Below, in pieces: positions 46,486-54,872 of a stretch of 64,000 bases of DNA (the stretch's first letter is position 1; the number at the start of each line of letters is the position of its first letter). The stretch lies in the NCBI GenBank assembly GCA_021813325.1, contig JAKALA010000016.1, positions 82-64,081 of the forward strand, in the 5' to 3' direction. The translations under genes and the position numbers were made by a program. The stretch is from a bacterium (lineage in GTDB: Bacteria; Verrucomicrobiota; Verrucomicrobiia; Limisphaerales; UBA11358). The notes beneath the pieces are model-generated. The model saw only the letters and a list, made by a program, of their open reading frames with translations. It searched no databases and was not told where the DNA came from.

Positions 46486-46917
46486 TTACACTTTAACGTA
46501 AATTGCCGCTTCAAGTCCTAAAACGTATGAGTATGCTCCAAAACCGCAAATTTGGCCACGGCAGACGGGCGCGATCAACGATTTATGGCGAAATTCTTCC
46601 CGCGCATGAATATTCGAAAGGTGAATTTCAATAGTTGGAATACCAATTGCAGAGATCGCATCCCGCAACGCAACGCTGGTGTGCGTGTATGCCGCCGCGT
46701 TGATCACAATCGAATCAAATGTGCCTTTGGCCGCTTGAATCCAATTCACCAATTCACCTTCGGTGTTGGACTGGCGAAAATCCACTTCCACATCCAATTC
46801 CTTGGCGCGCTTCCGAACATTATTTTCAATATCAGAAAGCGTGGTCCGGCCATAAACTTCCGGCTCACGCGCGCCAAGCAAATTGAGATTCGGACCGTTT
46901 AGAAACAAAACCTTCAT
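46486..46917 (-). CDS. aroQ: Type II 3-dehydroquinate dehydratase
   Basis: [20 protein letters not shown] and [16 protein letters not shown]. Confidence 0.95.
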   Translation of the reverse strand: MKVLFLNGPNLNLLGAREPEVYGRTTLSDIENNVRKRAKELDVEVDFRQSNTEGELVNWIQAAKGTFDSIVINAAAYTHTSVALRDAISAIGIPTIEIHLSNIHAREEFRHKSLIAPVCRGQICGFGAYSYVLGLEAAIYVKV

Positions 46918-46927
46918 TGGGATTAAA

Positions 46928-48319
46928 CTACCGATTCCGTGTAATTTTGTCGATTTGATTTATATTTTGTCCAACCAAGCCGCCCAATAACGTAAAAGCC
47001 ATCCAAGACAGTGCGGGAATATACAAGCCAAACTCACCCAAGCCTTGAGCGAACCAACCCAATAATCCCAACAAAATGGCAACAGCCAGTTTTTCGTCTG
47101 TCCTCCAATTTTTTTTCCTCACGGTTGTCAAAGCAGCCAAAATCCACCCCGCGTAGGTTAAGCCGCCAACCACACCAGAATCCGAAAATTGTTCGAGGTA
47201 ATCATTATGCGTGAGGCGGGCCATTTCGGCGTCAGGAGCTTTGATGCGCGCGTAAGAGCGTTGAAAAGTTCCCGGACCGCTGCCAAACATTGGATTGGCA
47301 ACTGTCGTCTGAACCGCTGCCCGCCAATAATCGATTCGGGCGCTGGCACTGGTGGCTCCCGCAGCAAAATAGTGATGGAATCGCAGGCCAAAAACGCCCA
47401 GACCGAACACAAGCACAAGCATGACCGAGCAGCATTTCAGTTTTTTCGACCAATTAAACCGTAAAAGGAACAGCCCTAGGAGTCCAATACCGATCAACCA
47501 ACCAAGTTTGGATCCACTCCAATAAAAACCGGCGCTTCCAAGAAAAACCAACAACCCCATGGCTGGAAAACGCACAATTGGCTTCATGCCTTGAAACCAT
47601 TCAAAGGCCAACACCAAGGAAAGCGGCCACAGCAACAAAACGATACCCGCCAGCGCGTTAGGATAGACCAGCGTGCCAGAAACCCGACCGCTGGCGAACT
47701 TGTCCAATATCACCGGGTTGGCGACATCGACGCCGTTGGTCGTGATAATGATGCGTTCGCTTTTCATGGCCGCAACGGCCTCCGGGAGAAAATTCGTCCA
47801 CCCACAATGTTCCCCTTCCATCAACATCTGATGGTTTTGGGGAAATTCATAAACATGCTGTTCGACACTGCGGACCAGGCAAAAAACAAACGCCGCCAGC
47901 ACCCCCGGCAACAGCCAGCGCCAAAGCCCCGCTTGGGACAAAATGAATGCTCCAACGAAATAGCACGCCACACATCCGGCAAATTGCCAGAGCGTCGCAA
48001 CCGTTAACCGAGCATCAACCGATTGCGTGGCGGACAAAATTTGCCAGCCCAACCAAACCAGCGGCAGCAACCACAGCCATCTGGAAGGCCATATTTTCTT
48101 TGCGCCACCGCCCACCAATAGCCCCCCGACAGCCGCCAGCGGCAGCAAACACCATTTGGCCCAATGAGTCGGCCAAGGTTCACTGAGAAATTGGGCAGGC
48201 GTAACCGGAGAAGGAATGATCCGATCCAGAATGACCGGATTGCCAAATTTCCAGATGCAAAGCCCCAGAAACAGTCCAAATGCCAGCGCGTAAAGTTTCG
48301 ACGCGGAGAGATTTTTCAT
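46928..48319 (-). CDS. O-antigen ligase-like (Wzy_C) polytopic membrane protein
   Basis: At least 10 hydrophobic helices and a periplasmic loop with [13 protein letters not shown] (the Wzy_C-type H-N-x-Y-L motif). Confidence 0.7.
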   Translation of the reverse strand: MKNLSASKLYALAFGLFLGLCIWKFGNPVILDRIIPSPVTPAQFLSEPWPTHWAKWCLLPLAAVGGLLVGGGAKKIWPSRWLWLLPLVWLGWQILSATQSVDARLTVATLWQFAGCVACYFVGAFILSQAGLWRWLLPGVLAAFVFCLVRSVEQHVYEFPQNHQMLMEGEHCGWTNFLPEAVAAMKSERIIITTNGVDVANPVILDKFASGRVSGTLVYPNALAGIVLLLWPLSLVLAFEWFQGMKPIVRFPAMGLLVFLGSAGFYWSGSKLGWLIGIGLLGLFLLRFNWSKKLKCCSVMLVLVFGLGVFGLRFHHYFAAGATSASARIDYWRAAVQTTVANPMFGSGPGTFQRSYARIKAPDAEMARLTHNDYLEQFSDSGVVGGLTYAGWILAALTTVRKKNWRTDEKLAVAILLGLLGWFAQGLGEFGLYIPALSWMAFTLLGGLVGQNINQIDKITRNR

Positions 48320-48323
48320 CGCG

Positions 48324-49349
48324 TCAAAGCTGAAGTTTCAGCAATCCAACTTCCAGTGCCAGTGCCTCCTGCACGTTGGTGTAAAGCAGTCGTTGAGTTT
48401 GTTCCAAAACCGCCAAATTTTCCCGGGCCTGCCGGGGACTGATCCGCTTGGCCACCTCTTCAGCCCCGGGGATCTGTGGTAAATGCAGCAGCGCTTCGCC
48501 CGCCGACAAGGTGTAAAGCCAGACATCGCGCAGCCACCATTGCACCAGCAACAACAAATCCGCGCGCTGACGGCGATATTCCGCTTCCACTGCGGCGGTC
48601 AATTCATCCTCCCATTTTTCACGCAGATCCTTTTCGGCATCAGCGTATTTTTCCAGCGGCGAACGCGCGGACAAAATTTCCTCCGTGCCGGCGCGGATTT
48701 CCGCCAGCCGTTGCAGCAATGAATCCAGCAAGCGATAGCGGCTGAACAAACTTTTTTGTTCGGCGGCGGCGATGCCACTAAATTTGTGCAACCATTCCGA
48801 TTGGGCCGGAGCAAGCTGGCGTTTCCCTTCAGCCGAAAAATTCAAGCGCAGGCAGCGCGACAAGATGGTCTCCAAAATCCGTGACGGCTCGGTGGAAATA
48901 AGAATCAACACCGACTTGGAAGGCGGTTCCTCCAGGGTTTTAAGGAAAGCGTTGGCCGCTTGCGTATTCAGCCGGTCGGCACCAACAATGACCGCCACTT
49001 TAAACTGCGCCTCCGTCGGCTTCAGTTGGATTTGTTGCATCAAATCGCGGGTTTGATCGATCGTAATGATGCGCGATTTGGATTCCGGTCTCGCCCAATG
49101 AACATCGGCGTGGTTTTCGCCTTCAATTTTCCGGCAACTCAGGCATACATCGCAACAATCCGTGGCAATTCCCGAAGTCAGAACGGGGTTTTGGCAATTC
49201 AGCGTCTTGGCCAGCGTGCGCGCCAGGATTTCCAATTCCTCCACCTGATGGCCGGTAAACAGGTAAGCGTGGCCCAGCCTTCCCCGGGCAAGCGAACGCT
49301 GCAAAAGCTGCACACCTTGGGTTTGCTCTGGGAGATGTTTGAAGGCCAT
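48324..49349 (-). CDS. holB: DNA polymerase III delta-prime subunit
   Basis: GRLGHAYLFTG, Zn-module CCDVCLSC and NAFLKTLEEPP. The ATG at 49349 is 13 nt after the tRNA 3' end; the longer track ORF would overlap the tRNA. Confidence 0.85.
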   Translation of the reverse strand: MAFKHLPEQTQGVQLLQRSLARGRLGHAYLFTGHQVEELEILARTLAKTLNCQNPVLTSGIATDCCDVCLSCRKIEGENHADVHWARPESKSRIITIDQTRDLMQQIQLKPTEAQFKVAVIVGADRLNTQAANAFLKTLEEPPSKSVLILISTEPSRILETILSRCLRLNFSAEGKRQLAPAQSEWLHKFSGIAAAEQKSLFSRYRLLDSLLQRLAEIRAGTEEILSARSPLEKYADAEKDLREKWEDELTAAVEAEYRRQRADLLLLVQWWLRDVWLYTLSAGEALLHLPQIPGAEEVAKRISPRQARENLAVLEQTQRLLYTNVQEALALEVGLLKLQL

Positions 49350-49362
49350 TCGCTTTGCCAGG

Positions 49363-49449
49363 TGGTGCCGATGGAGGGGGTCGAACCCACACATCCTTCC
49401 GGATACCAGATTTTGAGTCTAGCGCGTCTGCCAATTCCGCCACATCGGC
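49363..49449 (-). tRNA. tRNA-Leu (anticodon CAA), class II with long variable arm, CCA encoded
   Basis: Minus strand GCCGATGTGGCGGAATTGGCAGACGCGCTAGACTCAAAATCTGGTATCCGGAAGGATGTGTGGGTTCGACCCCCTCCATCGGCACCA. Acceptor stem GCCGATG/CATCGGC, anticodon loop CTCAAAA, T-loop GGTTCGA. Confidence 0.9.
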
Positions 49450-49483
49450 CACCGAGGCCGAACTGTAACACAGCCAGATTCAA

Positions 49484-49523
49484 GGAAAAGAAAAAACGCC
49501 AATGGAAAATCTCCCATTGGCGT
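49484..49523 (-). terminator. Rho-independent terminator ending the lipoprotein operon
   Basis: Minus strand: ACGCCAATGG-GAGATTTT-CCATTGGCGT followed by TTTTTTCTTTTCC. It lies 24 nt after the stop at 49547. Confidence 0.75.
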
Positions 49524-49546
49524 CGGTTTATTATCAATTGATCTGC

Positions 49547-50137
49547 CTAGAATCCCACGGTGCTTTTGCTGCCTTGTTTGGTGATCTGCTTTTCGCCTTC
49601 CCACACGGCAATGCCTTGTTGATCGGTCAGCGAGAGCTGGAATGAATAGGTGGCCTGACTCGTATTGCCCGCCTTGGCCGTGGTTTCAATAATCTTTCCG
49701 GAGAGCGTGAAATCCGGCAAACGCGCCGGTTTCTGATCATTCATGAATTCCTGCTGTTGTTGAATGCCTTTGGCGAGTGGATCTTCTGCCTGGCCGCCCA
49801 ACCCAAATGTCGTCGTGGTCACCGCCTTGCCGCTTTGATTGAGCGCCACCCGGATTTTTTTGGTCAGCAAATCAATATCAATCTGCTGGCCGGTGTTGTT
49901 CACGATCCGGCTCATGGCCAAAACGGCGGGCGGATTCTTCACCCGATCCAACACGCCCGACGCCAGCAAATCGCTGGCAGCCGAGTCGGCCGCCTGAATA
50001 AAATCCTGATCGTTGATGCTGCCAACCGAAACAATGCTCTCGCGGCCGCCGGTTTGGATGTAATGGGCGTTGGTGCCGCAGCCGGTCAAAATGGCCGCAC
50101 TGACGGCAATGATGGGAAGTAGGACGATTTTTTTCAT
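49547..50137 (-). CDS. LpoB-like lipoprotein (COG3417-type)
   Basis: Lipobox AAILTGC. DFIQAADSAASDLLASGVL...AMSRIVNNTGQQIDIDLLTKKIRVALNQSGK matches the LpoB/YcfM family pattern. Confidence 0.65.
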   Translation of the reverse strand: MKKIVLLPIIAVSAAILTGCGTNAHYIQTGGRESIVSVGSINDQDFIQAADSAASDLLASGVLDRVKNPPAVLAMSRIVNNTGQQIDIDLLTKKIRVALNQSGKAVTTTTFGLGGQAEDPLAKGIQQQQEFMNDQKPARLPDFTLSGKIIETTAKAGNTSQATYSFQLSLTDQQGIAVWEGEKQITKQGSKSTVGF

Positions 50138-50157
50138 GTCAGTATTGGGCTAAAAAT

Positions 50158-50574
50158 TCAATGAGCTTCCAGCAATTTTAAACGAAAATCCCGGCACGCC
50201 GGCGTGGGCGCGACAGCCGAGACGAACTTGCTTTCACCGCCCTCGATTTGGTCCGGAACGGTGGCGGAAACCACGTTGTCGATTTGCATGCCGTTCTCGT
50301 CAAACCACTCAAAATGATAGGAGAAACGGTGAAATGATCGAGTGCGATTAAACAACTCCACCTGCACTTTGAGAAAACCGCCCGGCGTCATGCCGGTATT
50401 CACGCCCGCCACATAAACACTCCGGTTCAGCCCCATGTCGTTGACCACCCGCTGGTCGGCAATCATGTTCCGCTGCCCTTCTTTTTGGGCGTTTTCCACC
50501 GAATTCATCGGGTTGTGACAGCCAGCCATCAGCAGGGCGATGGCGGAAATCGCGGCGAGTTTGGTTTTGATCAT
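50158..50574 (-). CDS. YcfL-family (DUF1425) lipoprotein
   Basis: Lipobox LLMAGC. LKVQVELFNRTRSFHRFSYHFEWFDENGMQI...AVAPTPACRDFRLKLLE matches the DUF1425 pattern. Confidence 0.65.
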   Translation of the reverse strand: MIKTKLAAISAIALLMAGCHNPMNSVENAQKEGQRNMIADQRVVNDMGLNRSVYVAGVNTGMTPGGFLKVQVELFNRTRSFHRFSYHFEWFDENGMQIDNVVSATVPDQIEGGESKFVSAVAPTPACRDFRLKLLEAH

Positions 50575-50577
50575 AGT

Positions 50578-52050
50578 CTAAAGTTTAAACTGACTGACTA
50601 TTAACGGCGTGCCGGACGTGATGGATTTCACATAAACGACACTCACCGGTCGGCCTGAGTTCAAAGTTGCTTGCGCATTGTCCGAGGTCAAATCATTTTT
50701 GGCTCCGGTGCTGGCGCCGAGAGTGACGGCGACCTTCATCCCGTTGGGCGTGCTCAATTCGATTTTACCATCCGCCGGCGTGGGCAAGCGGCAAATCTGA
50801 AATTCCTTCGGCAACGTGGTCCACGTGCGGGTATCCGCAATGTTAACCGCCATTTCATACGCCGTCGTGGCGAATTGCGCCAAAAGCCCCACAATATCCC
50901 CCCCCTGGCGTCCGGTGTCATTCAGCGCATACGCCGCCACGGCTTTTGTGACCGTCGCCGCCACGGTTTTGGTGATGACCACAGGCATTTCATTTTTGAA
51001 ATCCAGCGCGACCATGCTGTCCATGCTGGCCACGGGTTCGGTTCGATAATCTTTGCCGTCGGCGGCAACCGTCAACATCGGCTGAAAGTCGCCCTGTGGC
51101 AGGAGCGTGGGAAACGCCGCGCCGACATAGGAAACTTTCGAGAGAATAATGGGAATATCGATCCGCGCCTGTCCCCGAATCGGGGCGCAGCCCGTTTCAA
51201 AAATCACATAGGTCGTGGGCGGCAGCGGCTTGCCATCAATCAAATCATTCACCGTCGCGATGTCGGCCTGCACATACGAATTTTCAGGCACCACGCTGGC
51301 AACCCGTTCCAGCGATTTATGCGCGCGTTCCAGGTCCGAGGCGTCCGTTGCATCGGCCATGAAAAACAACCCGTCGAGATACACCGTGAACGGATTCACG
51401 TAATCGGCATATACCCTGATGTTGTTGATTCCGGACATGGAATTTTGCACTGCGGTTTGAAACTTGGAATCAGCTTCGGCTTTATCAATGGTTTTGCTGT
51501 CCTTGCTATCGGCGGCCGCATCCTTCGCTTTTTCGATGCGCCGCTGGTTGGCTTGGACGGCATCTTCTTGACGTTGATAGGCGCGGATAATTTCCGGGCG
51601 CGCCTTGTCCGGCTCCCCCATGGCCAGATAATTCAACGCCTCGTAAGTGTTTAGCATGATCCCGTCATAGGAACGTCCTTCGTAGGCCAAATTTGCCTGA
51701 TTGGACAATAGAGCCGCTGTTTCCTGTCCCAGCCGCACATCCGCCTTTTGGGCGTAGTCATCAATCTTTTCCTGCGCCTGATCGAAAGCCTGATTGCTCT
51801 TCTCGAATTGTCCGGCAGCCCGCAACGCGGCTCCCTGTTCCAGGCGCCAAACGATGGCGTCTTTGCTGTCGGCATTCTGGTTGGCCTTGTCCGTGGCCTC
51901 ATTCACTGCGCCGGGAATATCGCCCCGACGCCAGTAGCTGATGACCTTGTTTTTTTGCTCGTAAGTCTGGCAACCCGTGGTGAACATGGCAGCGCCCAAT
52001 ACCGGCAAAAGCAGCCAGACAAGCTTTTTGAAACTGGGTTGCCCTTCCAT
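50578..52050 (-). CDS. Large lipoprotein with N-terminal TPR-like region (COG3014-like)
   Basis: Lipobox MFTTGC. 490 aa. Stop is 3 nt from the ycfL-like start. Gene order matches the COG3014 / DUF1425 / LpoB-like triad recalled from other bacteria. Confidence 0.5.
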   Translation of the reverse strand: MEGQPSFKKLVWLLLPVLGAAMFTTGCQTYEQKNKVISYWRRGDIPGAVNEATDKANQNADSKDAIVWRLEQGAALRAAGQFEKSNQAFDQAQEKIDDYAQKADVRLGQETAALLSNQANLAYEGRSYDGIMLNTYEALNYLAMGEPDKARPEIIRAYQRQEDAVQANQRRIEKAKDAAADSKDSKTIDKAEADSKFQTAVQNSMSGINNIRVYADYVNPFTVYLDGLFFMADATDASDLERAHKSLERVASVVPENSYVQADIATVNDLIDGKPLPPTTYVIFETGCAPIRGQARIDIPIILSKVSYVGAAFPTLLPQGDFQPMLTVAADGKDYRTEPVASMDSMVALDFKNEMPVVITKTVAATVTKAVAAYALNDTGRQGGDIVGLLAQFATTAYEMAVNIADTRTWTTLPKEFQICRLPTPADGKIELSTPNGMKVAVTLGASTGAKNDLTSDNAQATLNSGRPVSVVYVKSITSGTPLIVSQFKL

Positions 52051-52077
52051 GTTAACCGTGTCCTTCGCGGTAAATAA

Positions 52078-53037
52078 TTATTTCGCCTTGCGCAAAACCG
52101 CGCCTTTGTCGATGCCGGAATCTTCAATCACTTGGGCTTGCGAAGTTTTGGGGTTGACCTGGGTGATCTTGACCTGGCCCACCTTGACTTCTTCACGGCC
52201 CAGAGATTCCTTGGTGTCCGGATCAATCAACTCCTCGCCCAACGCATAAACGTTGAACACATCTCCCGGCGCCACCCCACCGCCTTCGCCCCGGTTGATG
52301 GTCACGATGTCATCCCGCCGGATCAGCACCTTTGCCGGAAAAATCACGTCGGCCACGTGAAGGGCGATTTTCTCCGCCATGCTGCGGGCGATTGCCACCA
52401 TCATTTCATCGCTCAATTCGCCGCTCTTGACCGAATAACTGCGATCCATCTGGATTTGTTTGAACTCGTCGTTGCCCGTCTGAAAATTGGCCGACTCCAG
52501 CAGCTTGCCGGTGCTGGAATCATAAATTTTGCCCACCACGGAAAACCGAAACACCCGCTTGGTCGCAGTCTGGCCGGTGCCCTCAAACGTGGCTTTTTCA
52601 AGGTAATCATCAAAATCATCCACCGTGGCCACCAACAAGTATTTGGCGCCTGCCAGCTTGCCGGATTGCGCGGCCGTTTTGGCGTCCACATTGCCGGATG
52701 CGCCCAAATCCTGCTCCTTGATGACGTCCGCCAGATCGCTGCGGCTCACCACCTCAAATTTCCGCGTCGCATTTACGCGGTCGATCAACTGGCTGTCCAA
52801 CGATTCGATGATGCGATTCAACTCCTGCTTGTTGTTGAACTCAATGCGTTCGCGCTTGGTATCGGTCGCGGTCGTGGCGACGGTTTTGGTGCTGGACGCA
52901 TCCAGCAGTGCCGGCGTGGCCTTGATGGACGAAATGGCCAGCGTCGCTTTCTCCTGTGCGCCCGCCACCGGCGGCAGCAAACCCAGGACGCCCGCGGCCA
53001 GGGCAATTTTTAAAACTGATTTTTTCATGGGAATCAT
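52078..53037 (-). CDS. CsgG/HfaB-like (COG1462-type) periplasmic protein with a C-terminal beta-barrel-like domain
   Basis: Signal peptide. LDSQLIDRVNATRKFEVVSRSDLADVIKEQDLGASGNVDAKTAAQSGKLAGAKYLLVATVDDFDD follows the CsgG-family N-terminal pattern. The C-terminus VLIRRDDIVTINRGEGGGVAPGDVFNVYALGEE...VKITQVNPKTSQAQV is FlgT_C-like. Confidence 0.5.
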   Translation of the reverse strand: MIPMKKSVLKIALAAGVLGLLPPVAGAQEKATLAISSIKATPALLDASSTKTVATTATDTKRERIEFNNKQELNRIIESLDSQLIDRVNATRKFEVVSRSDLADVIKEQDLGASGNVDAKTAAQSGKLAGAKYLLVATVDDFDDYLEKATFEGTGQTATKRVFRFSVVGKIYDSSTGKLLESANFQTGNDEFKQIQMDRSYSVKSGELSDEMMVAIARSMAEKIALHVADVIFPAKVLIRRDDIVTINRGEGGGVAPGDVFNVYALGEELIDPDTKESLGREEVKVGQVKITQVNPKTSQAQVIEDSGIDKGAVLRKAK

Positions 53038-53061
53038 TCGTTGGTTGAAACTAAAACCGGC

Positions 53062-54279
53062 TTAATAAAGGCTCTTGTAAATTTTGGTTCCTTCCGTGGT
53101 ATCCACGCGATAGTGGCTATTCTTGAAAAATTCCGCGACGCCTTCAATGCGCTTCACCTCGGCATCGGTCAACTTGCGATTGTTGTCCAGCGTCGCCAGG
53201 AAATCGGTTGTATCCTTCCATTTCGCGTAACCCTCCGGGCTCATCTGCAACGCCACGCGCAGGGTCTGGCCGTCGTAAATGTTCACGGTGCGCGCCCAGT
53301 CGGAGAAGCCTTCGCGCGACAGCCGCAGCTTGTGCAATCCAGGCCGCGCCTTGAATTCGCCCGGTGCGGAACCCAACGCCACGCCATCCAGTTCCACCGT
53401 CACATCCATCGGCTGGACCGCCATGGGATGGTTGGTGACAATGACTTGATTGTCGGCGGAAAGGTTGATGTCCGGCACCAGAATCGGTTGCAAGCGCGGA
53501 TCGGTCATGGTGCAGGCAATGTTGAAACTCACCAGCGCAGCCTTGGCCACGCTGGCTGGCAGTGTTTTGCCGCTCTCTGTTATCGCGGCGGCGAGCTGAT
53601 CTGCCGCGTCGTCCAACAATTGATTAATAATATCGCTGCTGTCTGTCTGCAACGCGCTCGTGTCGCGCACGTTTTTTTCGGAAATCACCGTGCCGCCGCG
53701 CTCGGCGCCCCCTTCACCGGCTCCAATAATCCGGTAGTTCAAGCGCAGGCGATACGTGGTGTTCAACGTTTTGATGCCGTTGCCTGCATACGATTTTTTC
53801 TCCGTGCCATAGCTCGTAATCGCGGGAATCAAAATGTAGTCCACGCCCAAATTTTGCGCCAGGCGCAACGCCGAAGTGTTGTTGCTCAACTCGCGATCCA
53901 GCGGCGTCGCTTCGATCCCGCCCGAGGTGTTCGCCCGCTCGGCGGTTCGCAGCGCATTGACGGCCACGTCCCGGCTGACCACGGCGAAACCCCGGCCCGC
54001 CACCCGGCTGCTGACCAAATCCTCCAAGGCTGGAACCTGGTCGTTCAAAGTCGCGCTGGCGCGGTTCTCCACCACGATGAGCACTTTGCGCTGGCCTTTG
54101 GGTTTGATGACCTCCGTAATCTGAGTGTGCGGTGTGACATTGGTCGTAAACCACGTGTTGGTCGTCCTGACCGTCTCGTTCTGATTCGCATCCGATGGAA
54201 CCGCCGCGTTCTGAGCGTGCGAAAAGGTGAAATTTAAGAGCACACCAAGGGCGACTAATAAAAACTGAATTCGTTTCAT
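53062..54279 (-). CDS. Secreted protein with a CsgG-like N-terminal module and a PEGA domain
   Basis: Signal peptide MKRIQFLLVALGVLLNFTFSHA. VLIVVENRAS...LEDLVSSRVAGRGFAVVSRDVAVNAL...LGVDYILIPAITSY. PEGA-like VTVELDGVALGSAPGEFKARPGLHKLRLSREGFSDWARTVNIYDGQTLRVALQM. Confidence 0.5.
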   Translation of the reverse strand: MKRIQFLLVALGVLLNFTFSHAQNAAVPSDANQNETVRTTNTWFTTNVTPHTQITEVIKPKGQRKVLIVVENRASATLNDQVPALEDLVSSRVAGRGFAVVSRDVAVNALRTAERANTSGGIEATPLDRELSNNTSALRLAQNLGVDYILIPAITSYGTEKKSYAGNGIKTLNTTYRLRLNYRIIGAGEGGAERGGTVISEKNVRDTSALQTDSSDIINQLLDDAADQLAAAITESGKTLPASVAKAALVSFNIACTMTDPRLQPILVPDINLSADNQVIVTNHPMAVQPMDVTVELDGVALGSAPGEFKARPGLHKLRLSREGFSDWARTVNIYDGQTLRVALQMSPEGYAKWKDTTDFLATLDNNRKLTDAEVKRIEGVAEFFKNSHYRVDTTEGTKIYKSLY

Positions 54280-54306
54280 AATGCCTGATAATTGAAAGTT
54301 TCCCGA

Positions 54307-54678
54307 CTACTTGACCGGCGGCGGCGCGGGATTCCCGGTGGGCGCGGGCATTTTGACGGGCCGGCCATATTGATCCACCAGCACGTCATAGGGCACCTGA
54401 ATCGAGCGGCCATCTGCCGTCGTTTCCGTTTTCCAATAGCGCACCATGCGGTAGCTGGGATCCAAAACTTTTCCCATGCCGGAAACCGTGCCGCCCACCA
54501 CGCCCGCGCCAAAGCCCACCGCATTGCCCGCCACCACGCCCACGCCCGTGCCGATGGCCGTGCCGGCCACCGGTCCAGGCTGATACGGACTGCCATTTCG
54601 ATCGCTGCTACAACCAGCCACCACAAAACCAACGCCCATGCCGGCGACGACGACGCGAAGAAAATTCGTGTTGTTCAT
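54307..54678 (-). CDS. Glycine-zipper lipoprotein
   Basis: ATG at 54678 is preceded by AAGAGGTG (a good SD). Lipobox FVVAGC. Glycine zipper GTAIGTGVGVVAGNAVGFGAGVVGGTVSG. Confidence 0.65.
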   Translation of the reverse strand: MNNTNFLRVVVAGMGVGFVVAGCSSDRNGSPYQPGPVAGTAIGTGVGVVAGNAVGFGAGVVGGTVSGMGKVLDPSYRMVRYWKTETTADGRSIQVPYDVLVDQYGRPVKMPAPTGNPAPPPVK

Positions 54679-54872
54679 AAAACACCTCTTCATTTCAAAT
54701 GCCGGTCAATTCTTGCGGCGATTGAGCCAAACAAACAAGTAAAATGTGGACGGCAACCGCTTGGCTGTGCTTCAGTCCCTGACCGGAATGACAGGCGGAA
54801 ATGGCTCCCCGCCCTTGATCCCATGAGCCTGGAGCCAACCAGCGTCACAACCCAGGCCCGTTTCTGCGGAAT

